Shown: positions 37,097 through 47,594 of the stretch, piece after piece
How the letters are laid out: every line of letters begins with the position of its first letter
Position numbering within the stretch: the first letter of the stretch is position 1
DNA from: Thermoprotei archaeon
GTDB lineage: Archaea; Thermoproteota; Thermoprotei; Thermofilales; B15-G2
Reading direction: 5' to 3'
Assembly (NCBI GenBank): GCA_003650815.1
Contig: QMSB01000002.1
Location: forward strand, 1-55,542
Length of the DNA: 55,542 bases
The notes under the pieces: model-generated
The model's input: only the letters and a program-made list of their open reading frames with translations
What the model was told of the DNA's origin: nothing
Databases searched by the model: none
Position numbers and translations under genes: made by a program

Positions 37097-39301
37097 CTAA
37101 GGCTTAATGAAGTCTTCCGGTCTGGGAATTTCTTTAGGTAGACCCTTTCTTTCTCTTATTTTCATTATTAGATCTACTAGCATAGACTCTGGAACTGGAG
37201 CCCATCTATAGAACTGTGTTGACCAAAATGCTCTTCCAGCAGTGGCACTGCGTAACTCGTCGGCTAAATCGAAGGTCTCTGAAACGGGTATCTCTCCCTT
37301 GACGTGCATTAGCATACCGCTTTTCTCTAAGTTAATTATTCTGCCTCTTTTTCTGGTAATTACGTTTAAGACCCCTCCAAGATAGTTTTCTGGCACCTTT
37401 ACTTCTATCTTGTATATAGGCTCTAGCAGTGTTGGTCTAGCGGAGAGAAAGCCTGCGAAGATAGCGTTTTTAGTGGCAGGCATTATTTGTGCAGGACCTC
37501 TGTGGGCAGGATCTTCATGTATTATAGCGTCGTGGAGTATTACTTTAACACCTCTGACTGGCTCGTGGCATAAAGGACCCTCCGCGAGAGCCCATCTGAA
37601 GCCCATTATTATAGTGTCTCTTACTTCTCGTAGATGCTGGACACCTTTAGTTAGATCTACGAGAATATTCAAGTTGTCGTCAATAGCCCATATTCCTCTA
37701 GCTTCGTCTGTGTCCCATCCGGCTTGTTCACGTAGAATCTTCGCTCTCTTTCTCCAATCTTGGTCATCATACACTACACCCTTCTGAAGGAGCTTCAGCG
37801 TCTCTTCATTAAGAGGCTCTATGCTTATGTAGAGCTTGTTATGCTTATTAGGAGACTTTCCTTCAAAAGGTCCGGCAGATGCTCGAATAGTTTCTCGGTA
37901 CCTTATTACTGGAGGAGATGTCACTACCTCTATTCCTGTCCTCTGTTTTAAGTCCCAGAGAGCTATTTCTAAGTGAAGAGTACCCATACCGCTAAGTAGG
38001 TATTCTCCTGTCTCCTCGTTTATATATACGTGTAGAGTAGGGTCTTCAATAGCCATTTTTCTTAGAACTTCCACTAACTTAGGTAGATCGCTGCTATTTT
38101 TCGGCTCTATGGCTATAGTCACTACAGGCTCGCTTATATACCTCAGCCTCTCGAAAGGTGCTGCTATATCCTTATACTTTATATCGACAATAGTCTCTCC
38201 AGCTCTTGCTCTCTCTAAGCCTAGCAGCGCTGCTATATTTCCTGCAGTAATTTCATCTGCTATTTCTCTCACAGGGCCCATGTATAGACCTACCTGCAGA
38301 ATTCTCTCTGAAGCCTTTGCTCCTATTAAGTATACTTCTTCGCCTGTGTAGACAGTACCGGAGAACACTCTGGCAGTTGTCACTAAGCCTGCGTGAGGAT
38401 CTGCGACAACTTTTGTTGCACAAAGTACTGTTGGACCGTCGGGATCACATTCTAGCATAGCTTTTCCTATTTCTGAGTTTAAGTCTCCTTTCCACAGCTT
38501 GGGAATTCTATACTTCTGAGCTTCAGCAGGGTTAGGTATATGTTCTATTACCATATCTAAGATAGCTACGTACAGCGGAGCTTCTTTTGCTAACTCCTCG
38601 TAGTACCCTCTGTTATATGCGTCAATTATGTTAGAAAACTTGAAGCCTAGTTTCTTGGCGAGAGGAATAGTGAGACCCCACTTGTGTAGTGCTGCTCCAA
38701 ATGCTACTTGACCTTTAGCTGGATCTACTTTCCACTTATCTCTGTATTCTGGCTCAGCATATAGATCAATAAGCATGTTAAATTCTTTAATTATATGAAC
38801 AAACCTCTGCTGTATTTCACTTGCAGAAAGCTTCAGCTCTCTAATTAGCCTGTCAACTTTGTTTATGTAAAGTAGCGGACGGACTCTCTCCTCGAGAGCT
38901 TGTCTAACAACAGTCTCGGTTTGAGTCATGACTCCCTCTACTGCGTCGACAACTACTATTGCCCCGTCCATGGCTCTCAGAGAACGGGTGACATGTCCTG
39001 TAAAGTCTACGTGACCTGGAGTATCTACTAAGTTAATTACGTAACCCTTACCTTCCCATTCATGGTACAGACTTACATTAGCTGCCTTAACAGTCATTTG
39101 TCTGAGCTGCTCGATTTCAACGTAGTCGAGAGCTAAAGCCTTGCCCGCAACTTTAGGAGATATTAACCCCGCACCCATGAGTAAGCTATCTGATAGAGTT
39201 GTCTTGCCGTGGTCTACGTGAGCCAAAGTACCTATATTTCGCACTCTTTCAATATCTCTCATAATTTTTAATACTTCGCCTGTTTGCTTAAACTTAGGCA
39301 T
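37097..39301 (-). CDS. fusA: translation elongation factor 2 (aEF-2)
   Basis: G1 motif [10 protein letters not shown]3 motif [13 protein letters not shown] and the diphthamide-loop region HEDPAHRG. Confidence 0.97.
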   Translation of the reverse strand: MPKFKQTGEVLKIMRDIERVRNIGTLAHVDHGKTTLSDSLLMGAGLISPKVAGKALALDYVEIEQLRQMTVKAANVSLYHEWEGKGYVINLVDTPGHVDFTGHVTRSLRAMDGAIVVVDAVEGVMTQTETVVRQALEERVRPLLYINKVDRLIRELKLSASEIQQRFVHIIKEFNMLIDLYAEPEYRDKWKVDPAKGQVAFGAALHKWGLTIPLAKKLGFKFSNIIDAYNRGYYEELAKEAPLYVAILDMVIEHIPNPAEAQKYRIPKLWKGDLNSEIGKAMLECDPDGPTVLCATKVVADPHAGLVTTARVFSGTVYTGEEVYLIGAKASERILQVGLYMGPVREIADEITAGNIAALLGLERARAGETIVDIKYKDIAAPFERLRYISEPVVTIAIEPKNSSDLPKLVEVLRKMAIEDPTLHVYINEETGEYLLSGMGTLHLEIALWDLKQRTGIEVVTSPPVIRYRETIRASAGPFEGKSPNKHNKLYISIEPLNEETLKLLQKGVVYDDQDWRKRAKILREQAGWDTDEARGIWAIDDNLNILVDLTKGVQHLREVRDTIIMGFRWALAEGPLCHEPVRGVKVILHDAIIHEDPAHRGPAQIMPATKNAIFAGFLSARPTLLEPIYKIEVKVPENYLGGVLNVITRKRGRIINLEKSGMLMHVKGEIPVSETFDLADELRSATAGRAFWSTQFYRWAPVPESMLVDLIMKIRERKGLPKEIPRPEDFIKP

Positions 39302-39405
39302 GCTACTCCACCTTTACACACTCAAGCTAGATTGACCCTTAATAAACTTGTCTCTTAATAAATTTAGCTCCTAAAACAAGCTGTTTCAGAGACTTAATAC
39401 TCGCC

Positions 39406-39831
39406 TTAAACGATCATTGTAGCCATTGATGCTATTCTAGGCCACCTATCGGCAGCTTCTTTTGCGACAGGACCTCTGATTTCACTACCTTTAGGGTCTC
39501 CTTCTGGAGAAACTATCACTATGGCGTTGTCTTCAAAGCATATCCATGTACCATCTGGTCTCCTATAGGGTCTTTTCTGCCTTATGACTATGCCTCTCAT
39601 CACCTGCTTCCTAAGTTCTGGTCTGCCTTCCCTTATTGAAACAACTACCATATCTCCCACAGCTGCTCCTGGTATGCGTCTTCTTACAGTTTTTGCTCTA
39701 ATAACACCTATTATTTTAGCTAGCTGAGCCCCTGAGTTGTCGCTTACCCTGACCAGAGAGCCCACAAATATTCCAGGTGTTATATGAAGTCTATATGATA
39801 CTCCCGATACCTTCGCTCCTCTCTTAGCCAC
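39406..39831 (-). CDS. rpl14: 50S ribosomal protein L14 (uL14)
   Basis: Contains [15 protein letters not shown] and [10 protein letters not shown]. Confidence 0.92.
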   Translation of the reverse strand: MAKRGAKVSGVSYRLHITPGIFVGSLVRVSDNSGAQLAKIIGVIRAKTVRRRIPGAAVGDMVVVSIREGRPELRKQVMRGIVIRQKRPYRRPDGTWICFEDNAIVIVSPEGDPKGSEIRGPVAKEAADRWPRIASMATMIV

Positions 39832-39894
39832 AGCCCCTCCCTCTCCTTATTTTTAAAGCTCTCTTAAAATATTTTCGGAAATATTGATAGGATC

Positions 39895-40224
39895 TCACTT
39901 TCTTTTCCCTAGTACCACGAAGGCTACTGTTTTTGCTATAGGTCTACATTCGCCTATGATTACTCTGTCTCCTACTTTCACGTCAATACACGGCGGTAAG
40001 TGTGCATGTATTTTTCTTCTTCTACGCTCATACCTCTTGTACTTCGGCACGTATACCAAGTACTCATGAAGTACTACTGCCGTTTTATTCATTTTCTTTT
40101 TAACAAGAGTACCTTCTAGTAGTACTCCTCTCACAGATAAAGTTCCGTGAAAGGGGCAATCTTCGTCATCACAGGTTTTCTGAGGAGGCTCGACCCAGCT
40201 TATTCCTATGCTTCTTTTAACCAT
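39895..40224 (-). CDS. rps17: 30S ribosomal protein S17 (uS17)
   Basis: Contains CPFHGTLSVRG, KMNKTAVV and VGDRVIIGECRPIAKT. Confidence 0.92.
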   Translation of the reverse strand: MVKRSIGISWVEPPQKTCDDEDCPFHGTLSVRGVLLEGTLVKKKMNKTAVVLHEYLVYVPKYKRYERRRRKIHAHLPPCIDVKVGDRVIIGECRPIAKTVAFVVLGKRK

Positions 40225-40235
40225 GTTCTCACCAC

Positions 40236-40466
40236 CTACTTTTTACCCTTCACATTCTTTTTAGACTTTTTAAGCTCTTCCTCTCTTTCTATAGTTAAGA
40301 CTCTAGCAATATTTTTTCTTAAAATTCTTATTCTCGAAGGATTGTCTAAAACTCCTCGGCTCTCTTGAAGAGCTTTTAATCTCATAAGCTCGGTTTTTAG
40401 CTCTATAAGTAGCTTTCTCCTTGCTTCAGGGCTCATTTCTCTTATTCTACTAGGCTTAATTGACAT
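40236..40466 (-). CDS. rpl29: 50S ribosomal protein L29 (uL29)
   Basis: Contains IREMSPEARRKLLIELKTELMRLKA. Confidence 0.9.
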   Translation of the reverse strand: MSIKPSRIREMSPEARRKLLIELKTELMRLKALQESRGVLDNPSRIRILRKNIARVLTIEREEELKKSKKNVKGKK

Positions 40467-40488
40467 TATATCACCTTTTCATGAGTAT

Positions 40489-41112
40489 TTACTCAGTAGG
40501 CTCCTTTATTTTAATGTCTTCGGGGGTCTCTACGGGAGGCATTATCCTTACCTCGATACCATACATTCCTGGCTTGAGTAACACTTCTACTACTGCTTCA
40601 TCTACGTAGACTTTTCTTAGCTGACCTACCTTATATATAACTCCTCTCGAGTACTTTTCATATCTAGCTCTTTCCGAGGTAAGTTTCCCGCTAATGACTA
40701 TTTCTGCTCCCCTGGCGCCAGCTTCCATTATTCTCCTTAAAGCTATGAAGGCGGCTCTCCTAAACTTAACACCTCTTGCAAGCGCATTAGCTATGTGATA
40801 GGCTACTATTTTAGCATTAAGATAGGGACTTGGTATTTCTATTACCTCTATCTGTGGGTTATCGAGCCCGAATTTTGATTGAAGTATTTTGGCAAGCTGC
40901 TTAACATTTGAGCCTCTCCTCCCAATAACCATGAAAGGCCTTTCTGCATGGATAACTACTCTAGTACCGAGAGGGGTTCTCATTAGGTCTACTTTTACAT
41001 AGCCTGCTCTGCTCAGAACTCTTCGCAAATACTCGTTTATCTCCATTCTACGCAGTCCTCTTATGATAAAGCGTTTCTCTACATCTACCTTTTTTTCAAG
41101 ACCAAAACTCAT
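40489..41112 (-). CDS. rps3: 30S ribosomal protein S3 (uS3)
   Basis: A KH domain (VIGRRGSNVKQL) and the C-terminal domain (RGAEIVISGKL). Confidence 0.92.
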   Translation of the reverse strand: MSFGLEKKVDVEKRFIIRGLRRMEINEYLRRVLSRAGYVKVDLMRTPLGTRVVIHAERPFMVIGRRGSNVKQLAKILQSKFGLDNPQIEVIEIPSPYLNAKIVAYHIANALARGVKFRRAAFIALRRIMEAGARGAEIVISGKLTSERARYEKYSRGVIYKVGQLRKVYVDEAVVEVLLKPGMYGIEVRIMPPVETPEDIKIKEPTE

Positions 41113-41117
41113 ATTCT

Positions 41118-41579
41118 CTACCGTTCTTCAACAGCTATTTCTACGTGAACTAACTGTTGGAAGTAAGGAGTTGCTCTACCAAATGCACGTGGAATATATT
41201 TCCTTATTTTGATACTTTTGTGCGCTGCTGCATGAACTACGTAAAGTCTTGAAACATCAAGACCTTTATTTATAGCATTGTTTTCAGCGTTCTCTAACAC
41301 TTTAAGTATAGCCTTAGCGGCTTTTACTGGCCAGCGCACAGCTGGCCACTTATCTACAGCTTTATGATGAGGAACTTTCTTTTTATAAGTCCTAAAGGGT
41401 ATTCCTTGCTTAAGCTCTATAACGTTTTCTAATATTTTCTTAGCTTCGTCTAGTTTTCTATTCTTAATGAATCTGCATATTTCTACGGCGTGCTTGTATG
41501 ATATTCTCAAGTCTCTCCCAGCTGCCGTAGCCGTTCGTACTGGATCCAAGTCCTGGCGCGAAAAGTGCCATCTAGTCAT
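41118..41579 (-). CDS. rpl22: 50S ribosomal protein L22 (uL22)
   Basis: Contains DLRISYKHAVEICRFIKNRKLDEA and RAFGRATPY. Confidence 0.92.
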   Translation of the reverse strand: MTRWHFSRQDLDPVRTATAAGRDLRISYKHAVEICRFIKNRKLDEAKKILENVIELKQGIPFRTYKKKVPHHKAVDKWPAVRWPVKAAKAILKVLENAENNAINKGLDVSRLYVVHAAAHKSIKIRKYIPRAFGRATPYFQQLVHVEIAVEER

Positions 41580-41606
41580 AATATACGAGTGAAGAAAATT
41601 ATGGTA

Positions 41607-41618
41607 GATTTAAACTTT
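41607..41618 (-). promoter_or_regulatory. BRE/TATA candidate upstream of rpl22
   Basis: The minus strand reads aaagtttaaatc ~28-39 nt upstream of ATG 41579. Confidence 0.4.
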
Positions 41619-41763
41619 TCTGTTAACCACTTCCTTAAGCGGGTTACTGACATGACCTGATGCCTTAGTGCTCTACTAGTGTCTTAGGCGAAGGTCTTTA
41701 ATAGTACTTAGAGAACTTAGATTAATGAATCATTAATGAATATTACTGAAAGAGGGGATATCT

Positions 41764-42624
41764 ATGAAGCTGGCGCCATATGTAAGGTTAACTCGCCTCG
41801 AACATGGATTTCTAAGTGTAATCGGAGTCTTGGCAGGAATGATAGCTAATGATATAAGTCACGCGCAGTCTATTCAATGGGTTTTAGCAGTTCTCGTACC
41901 ACTTCTTACTGAAGCAGGGCTTTTTGCACTAAACGATTATTTTAACATAGAGGAAGATAAAATAAATGCCCCAAATAGACCTTTAGTTACTGGCGAAATA
42001 CCAGAACGTCACGCACTTCTCCTAGGTCTAGTCTCTTTAAGTCTAGCGTATATCTTTTCGTTAGCCGCCCTGCTTATTAATAAAATAGACTCCGTTTTAC
42101 TGATTACACTGATTATCTTATCAGGCGTACTCTATGATGTAAAAATAAAAAGGCTAGGATTTCTCGGAAACTTAGTAGTGTCATTCTCTACTGCGTCAAC
42201 TTTTCTCTACGGAGGCTTACTAGTAAGGAGAATTTATCAGATAAATACTGCTACATGGATTATTTTCATCACTGCTTTTACCTCATGTCTAGGGAGAGAG
42301 ATTCTAAAGGGTATTAGGGACTACGAGGGCGATAAGAAAGCAGGAGTAATTACATTGGCTGTCAAGTATGGCTTAAATACAGCTACGCACATAGCTGGCG
42401 CATTAATAGTCATAGCCATAGCTGCAGCTCTATCTAATACACTATTTGTGAAAAACTCTTTGGCATACCTGCTTTTCGTAACTCCAGCCGTAATTTTGTT
42501 CCTACTTTCGGTAAAAATGGTTGCAAAAGCGCCTGAAAACGTTGAGCTATCTGAGAAAGCTAGGAAGTATACCCTTTATGCGATGGGACTAGGACTAATA
42601 GCCTTTCTACTAGGAACTATATAG
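41764..42624 (+). CDS. UbiA-family prenyltransferase, likely digeranylgeranylglyceryl phosphate synthase
   Basis: Contains ALNDYFNIEEDKINAPNRPLVTGEI and a second Asp-containing motif REILKGIRDYEGDKKAG, with ~8 TM helices. Confidence 0.7.
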   Translation: MKLAPYVRLTRLEHGFLSVIGVLAGMIANDISHAQSIQWVLAVLVPLLTEAGLFALNDYFNIEEDKINAPNRPLVTGEIPERHALLLGLVSLSLAYIFSLAALLINKIDSVLLITLIILSGVLYDVKIKRLGFLGNLVVSFSTASTFLYGGLLVRRIYQINTATWIIFITAFTSCLGREILKGIRDYEGDKKAGVITLAVKYGLNTATHIAGALIVIAIAAALSNTLFVKNSLAYLLFVTPAVILFLLSVKMVAKAPENVELSEKARKYTLYAMGLGLIAFLLGTI

Positions 42625-42625
42625 G

Positions 42626-43033
42626 CTATTTCAGTGGCACATACATGCTGGATCTTGTTGCTTTGAGTCCTGGTTCTCCGTGTTCAACCTTCTTTGTCGT
42701 TAACGCAAATTCGCCCAAATAATGTCCTATCATTTCAGGGGTTATAGTAACTGGAACATACTCTTTACCATTATAGACGCCGATAGTCACGCCTACCATT
42801 TCTGGGAGAATTATTATGTCCCGTTCATGAGTTTTTATGAAAACCTTCTTGCCTTCTTTCATAAGTTTTTTCGCTTTGCGTATCTTCTCTAAAAGTCTTC
42901 TTTTCTCGTAAGATAGTCCTCTAAGTAGGCTTCTTCGCTGTCTAGCTGGCAGTAGCTTTATGAATTCATCCATAGGCATTTTTAATAGCTCCTCAAACGT
43001 ATATCCTCGGTATCTGAATTCCCTAAAGCTCAT
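42626..43033 (-). CDS. rps19: 30S ribosomal protein S19 (uS19)
   Basis: Contains [34 protein letters not shown]. Confidence 0.92.
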   Translation of the reverse strand: MSFREFRYRGYTFEELLKMPMDEFIKLLPARQRRSLLRGLSYEKRRLLEKIRKAKKLMKEGKKVFIKTHERDIIILPEMVGVTIGVYNGKEYVPVTITPEMIGHYLGEFALTTKKVEHGEPGLKATRSSMYVPLK

Positions 43034-43166
43034 AGTCTTTATTCTCTCTGAGGTCTCAGTTATAAATGTTTCTCGAGAAAATCTCTGCTTTTAGTTTGAG
43101 AAAAGTTAATAATAGTTCATTAAAATGATTGTGCCTCTTTGAATGCTGTTTTATAATGATAGTAGA

Positions 43167-43889
43167 CTATCCCTTCCTTCTACCAGTTCTTCTAGGAGCT
43201 ATATGACCTACTTTTTGCCCAGGAGGCGCTGTTCGAGGAACTGGTGTGCCGCCCTTTGGATGAGCTCCTCCGCCGTGTGGATGAGCATATGCTCCCATGG
43301 CTTTTCCTCTGACTACTGGATACTTCCAAGCCTTTGATCGAGAGAGATGATATTTTTTGCCAGCTTTTAGAAACGGTTTCTCTGTTCTTCCTCCAGCTGC
43401 CACAACCCCTATAGTTGCTCTGCATCTGACATTGACTTCTTTAGTCTTTCCAGAGGGAAGTTGTATTAGAGCTTTCTTACCGCTCTTTGCGAGAAGAATA
43501 GCGTAAGTCCCGCTGGACCTAGCTATTTTTCCGCCGTCTCCTGGATTAAGCTCTATATTACATATTTTTGTTCCCTCAGGAATAGCACTTAGAGGAAGGA
43601 TATTGCCTCTGCGTGGAGCCGCCCTTTCGCCGTACTCTATTATCTGCCCTACATAAAGCCCTTCAACGGCTACCGTAAGCATCTCGCTTTTATCTTCGAA
43701 AACTATTTTAGCTAGTGGAGCCCCTCTGCCAGGATCATGAAGAAGATCGATTACCTTTCCTCTTAAGACACCCTTAAGCTCTTCTTCACGATATACTCTG
43801 TACTTAGCTGGCCCCACTTTTTTCCATCCTGGATATCTAAATACAGACCCTCCACGTCCTCTTCTCTGAACGAGTAATCTCTTACCCAT
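43167..43889 (-). CDS. rpl2: 50S ribosomal protein L2 (uL2)
   Basis: Contains GGRTEKPFLKAG and MGAYAHPHGGG. Confidence 0.95.
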   Translation of the reverse strand: MGKRLLVQRRGRGGSVFRYPGWKKVGPAKYRVYREEELKGVLRGKVIDLLHDPGRGAPLAKIVFEDKSEMLTVAVEGLYVGQIIEYGERAAPRRGNILPLSAIPEGTKICNIELNPGDGGKIARSSGTYAILLAKSGKKALIQLPSGKTKEVNVRCRATIGVVAAGGRTEKPFLKAGKKYHLSRSKAWKYPVVRGKAMGAYAHPHGGGAHPKGGTPVPRTAPPGQKVGHIAPRRTGRRKG

Positions 43890-43900
43890 TTATATCACCC

Positions 43901-44182
43901 CTATAGGAGACCTAATCTTGAGGCTATTTCTTCTGCGCTATACTCGGGTGCAAGTTTTACATAAGCTTTTTTCTCTCCCTCAGGTGTTATGAGAGTGTTC
44001 ACTTTGATAACTTTTACCTCAAACATTTTTTCGACAGCTTCTTTTATTTGATGTTTTGTAGCTTTTCTGTCCACTATAAATACTAGGGTGTTTTCCTGTT
44101 CTACTTTTGATAGAGCCTTTTCCGTCATGAGCGGTCTTATTATTATAGAATAATAGTCGAGAATCATTTTTACCAGCCTCAC
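43901..44182 (-). CDS. rpl23: 50S ribosomal protein L23 (uL23)
   Basis: Contains [11 protein letters not shown] and [22 protein letters not shown]. The start is either GTG 44182 or ATG 44167. Confidence 0.9.
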   Translation of the reverse strand: MRLVKMILDYYSIIIRPLMTEKALSKVEQENTLVFIVDRKATKHQIKEAVEKMFEVKVIKVNTLITPEGEKKAYVKLAPEYSAEEIASRLGLL

Positions 44183-44976
44183 GTTATTTCAAATAATACT
44201 TGATCCAGTCTCTCCTTATACTTCTCTTCTAATAAAGTTATAGCTGATTTCGTCCATAGAGTTAAGCGTCCGGAGTGTCCTCCGGGAGCTAGATGCATTG
44301 TACTAAGCTGGTCTACTGTCACAATATCTACACCGGGTAAGTTCCTCGCCGCCTTGATGATAGGTGCTGCTTGCGGTATTACTATTAGCACGCTCTTAGG
44401 CTTCTTATATCTTCGACCTCGCATTTTTCCCTTTCCCGCTCTTATTTTAATGCCTTTTTTAGCTCGCTCTACGTCTTCCCATAATCCCAGTCTTTTGAAA
44501 ACTTCACGCACATCCTTCGTTTTCTCAAGCTGAATTATATCATCTACCACTATCAGCGGAATGCTAGGAACTTTTTCTATTCTATGTCCACGAGCCTCGA
44601 CAAGCTCTCTTTTAGCTGTACTAGCTATAGCTGATAGTATAGCGAGTTGTCGTTCCTTTTTATTGATCTCCTCGTGAATCACTTTATCTACTACGGGTGG
44701 ATGCGCTCTTCTACCCTTTACAGTCATTGGAGCAAAAGCTGCTCTTGAAGACCCCTTTATTCTTGGAACACGAGCAACACCGTAGCCAACTCCCCAGCTT
44801 TCGGCAGTAGTCCTTTTACCTGCCATAGGATCTCTTCCTTGAGGCTGTATTCTAGCTGTTAGTGCAGAAAGAAGATCTCTCCTTATTATATCCACTCTTA
44901 TGGGAACATTAAATACCTTGGGGAAATCTATTTCTTCGCAGACTTTTCCTTCTAAGTCGTATACAGGAACTTTCAT
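44179..44976 (-). CDS. rpl4: 50S ribosomal protein L4 (uL4)
   Basis: Contains [15 protein letters not shown] and [10 protein letters not shown]. Confidence 0.92.
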   Translation of the reverse strand: MKVPVYDLEGKVCEEIDFPKVFNVPIRVDIIRRDLLSALTARIQPQGRDPMAGKRTTAESWGVGYGVARVPRIKGSSRAAFAPMTVKGRRAHPPVVDKVIHEEINKKERQLAILSAIASTAKRELVEARGHRIEKVPSIPLIVVDDIIQLEKTKDVREVFKRLGLWEDVERAKKGIKIRAGKGKMRGRRYKKPKSVLIVIPQAAPIIKAARNLPGVDIVTVDQLSTMHLAPGGHSGRLTLWTKSAITLLEEKYKERLDQVLFEIT

Positions 44977-44986
44977 TATAGCTCAC

Positions 44987-46081
44987 CTACACGTGGATAT
45001 ACACTATTTCTGGGGCCTCCTGTACAGGAGGTAAGCCTATTGGTCTTACTGGATACCTGATTTTGATTAACCGCTTTACGGGTCCTGGTACAGTTCCTTC
45101 GATTAAAATGAAGTCGTTTTTTAGAACACCGTAGTGCTTTAATCCTCCTTTTGGAACTACATTAAAGTCATTCAAGTTCTCTTTAAGAACTATCTTCAGT
45201 ATTCTCTTATTATATTCTGTCCTTTGATGGAATCCCATCTGACCGGCTCTCGGAATTCTGAACATTACTCCTGGTTTTTGTGGTCCTATGCTTCCTGTTC
45301 GCCTATGTCCTTTTCTATGCTTATGCCATCTTGGAAGAATCTTTACACCGAATCTCTTTATAACTCCTTGAGTGCCCTTGCCTTTAGTTACTGCAATAAC
45401 GTCTACAAATTGACCTTCCTTAAAGACATCAGTTACCCTCAGCTCTTTACCTATTTTCTTAATAGCATATTCTAGTGCTTTAATAGGATCCCCGCCTATA
45501 TTAATTTCAAATACTTCGGGTTTCTTTTTGCCTATTGTAGTCAGCCTCGGCTGAGCCGCTACAATTAGCCTAACGCTAGCTATTTTATCTTTAACGGATT
45601 CTATCTTCTTTAACTGCTCTTCAAAACGCTTTTGTGCTTCTTCTTTAATTTTTTCATCAGCTTTAATTTCCTTTTCAATTTTCTCCCTCCCCTTTTCTTT
45701 TCTGATTTTTATTCTGTAAAATATTGCTGCTTTAGGTACTGTGAACTTTCTCTTAAGGTCTTCAGGCAGCTCTTTGCTCCATACCTCTCCTAGACACTTA
45801 TAGCCATAAGGAGTTTTTTCATATACCCTTATGCCACAGATTAATAAAGGAGGACACTCAACAATAGTTACGGCTTTCGCTACCTCTTTTCCAAAGAATG
45901 GATGGTTTGGATTATTCTCTCTGTAAATAACATGAGTCATACCCGCCTTATATCCTGCGAAAGCTAATGGAATAGTTTCAGATATTTTAGGCCATCGTCT
46001 TATTCTCGCTACTATACTTTTAGCTCTAACTCTAGGATAAACCCCTATTGATCCTCTACGCGGTCTGTGATCTTTGACCAT
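44987..46081 (-). CDS. rpl3: 50S ribosomal protein L3 (uL3)
   Basis: Contains HRPRRGSIGVYPR, FAGYKAGMTHV and TKGKGTQGVIKRFG. Confidence 0.95.
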   Translation of the reverse strand: MVKDHRPRRGSIGVYPRVRAKSIVARIRRWPKISETIPLAFAGYKAGMTHVIYRENNPNHPFFGKEVAKAVTIVECPPLLICGIRVYEKTPYGYKCLGEVWSKELPEDLKRKFTVPKAAIFYRIKIRKEKGREKIEKEIKADEKIKEEAQKRFEEQLKKIESVKDKIASVRLIVAAQPRLTTIGKKKPEVFEINIGGDPIKALEYAIKKIGKELRVTDVFKEGQFVDVIAVTKGKGTQGVIKRFGVKILPRWHKHRKGHRRTGSIGPQKPGVMFRIPRAGQMGFHQRTEYNKRILKIVLKENLNDFNVVPKGGLKHYGVLKNDFILIEGTVPGPVKRLIKIRYPVRPIGLPPVQEAPEIVYIHV

Positions 46082-46268
46082 TCTAATCCCCTTAGCTAGC
46101 TGAAGTGAGAAAATATCAGGATGGTAATAAATATTTTGCCTTCAGACCTCTCAACGCCTTAACTCATCTTGAACATACTCACTACTGAGCTTCTCCTGAC
46201 ATATGTTTATTTCATTACTTTAAATAAAATATCTGTTTTACAATCTTAATGACAATTATATTAAATTT

Positions 46269-47114
46269 TCATATAATATTTAATATTGATAAGACTATTA
46301 ATACAGCTTCCTCTGTCCTAATAGTCTTTGTTCCCTGGAAAGGAGCGAAATTTACTATGTAATCACAAACTCTATCAGGATCTGCTCCTTCCTCACGGAA
46401 AATCTCGTATATACCCCTCTTAGGTCCTCCAAAGAGAACTAAGAGATCTAATGCTTTATTCAGTTTTTGCTTTAATTCCGAAATTATAGTAGTAATAAAA
46501 ACGCCGTGCCGTGAGGTGCCAATGACTAGACCCGCCTTGCTTTTCTTGATAGCGTCTAAAAGACTATCTGCCCTCACTACTTTATATCCCCAATATATGG
46601 GGACCTCCTCTCTCTTAATGATTTTTTTAGCAGACACGTCTACTGTAACTCTTTTCATTACGTGAGAAGAATTAAATTCGCAGACTAGCGGGTAATCTAA
46701 ACCTATATCGACAATGGCTTTACCTCTCTTCGAATCCCATTTAATGATAATGCCTTCACGATATTCACGACCCCTTACCATAATTCTCTCAGATTTAAGT
46801 GGATGATGAGGAGTTCTTAGCGGAGGAAGTATGCCCACATACCTTAGGCTTTTATTACGCAATATAAGATATTTTCTTAAATATTGTGGACACTCCATGT
46901 ACTCAAGAATTTTAATTATTAAATCTTGGTTTTGTAGAGATTTTTCTCCTTCTCTATAAACGTAGATCTTATCTACTCTGAATATGGCTGCAGCTCTACC
47001 TATCAATCCTATTTTCGCAGTCTTTTCTCTTAAGCTTTGAGCTTCGCTGATGAGTGATGAAGGAATAGCTATAGACCAGCAGGGTCTTGTTCTTCTCGGT
47101 GGATATTTTGTCAT
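46269..47114 (-). CDS. SPOUT-superfamily putative RNA methyltransferase (DUF171/COG2106)
   Basis: SIAIPSSLISEAQSLREKTAKIGLIGRAAAIFRVDKIYVY matches the DUF171 N-terminal signature. Confidence 0.7.
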   Translation of the reverse strand: MTKYPPRRTRPCWSIAIPSSLISEAQSLREKTAKIGLIGRAAAIFRVDKIYVYREGEKSLQNQDLIIKILEYMECPQYLRKYLILRNKSLRYVGILPPLRTPHHPLKSERIMVRGREYREGIIIKWDSKRGKAIVDIGLDYPLVCEFNSSHVMKRVTVDVSAKKIIKREEVPIYWGYKVVRADSLLDAIKKSKAGLVIGTSRHGVFITTIISELKQKLNKALDLLVLFGGPKRGIYEIFREEGADPDRVCDYIVNFAPFQGTKTIRTEEAVLIVLSILNII

Positions 47115-47275
47115 CTACTTAACTATCTTCTTTTACTCTTCTTTCGTTTCTCTTTACTTTTACCTCTTTTCTTCGACTCTTCTTTACTTTCGGATTTTTC
47201 TACGTCAAAGAATATAGAAGTTCTCTGTCTACCCCCCATATTCCCAGAACTACTTAAGTGAAGACCTTAATTAAT

Positions 47276-47488
47276 TTAACTTCTTACCCTCCAATAAGCA
47301 ACTTTTCCTCGTTTAATTTCCTCAATAAATCCCTCCTTTTCTAAAAGCCTTAATATATAGAATACTTGTGAATGAGAAAGTCCTACTCTTTTCACTATTT
47401 CTGATGTAGGTAGCTCTCTTTCGGCTTTAATTAGCTCATAAATAGTCTTTTTTCTCTCTTTAACAAATTCTGTAGTCCTCCGGGGCAT
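47276..47488 (-). CDS. small winged-helix DNA-binding protein
   Basis: Contains LPTSEIVKRVGLSHSQVFYILRLLEKEGFIEE. The track start at 47542 lies in TATA-like ataaattataaattatat, so ATG 47488 is preferred. Confidence 0.5.
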   Translation of the reverse strand: MPRRTTEFVKERKKTIYELIKAERELPTSEIVKRVGLSHSQVFYILRLLEKEGFIEEIKRGKVAYWRVRS

Positions 47489-47594
47489 GTTGCATATTAC
47501 GCAGAGATATAATTTATAATTTATGTCTTCAAAGGTTTGCACTTCAGCATCAACTATGAAAGTACTGCGCTATCAAGACTATGTTAAGGCATAG

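Noticed and set aside
47123-47239. 38-aa Lys/Arg/Glu-rich minus-strand ORF (MGGRQRTSIFFDVEKSESKEESKKRGKSKEKRKKSKRR) between the wHTH gene and the SPOUT methyltransferase.
   Set aside because: It is low-complexity sequence with no match to any small ribosomal protein I recognise. It could equally be a chance ORF in a purine-rich spacer.
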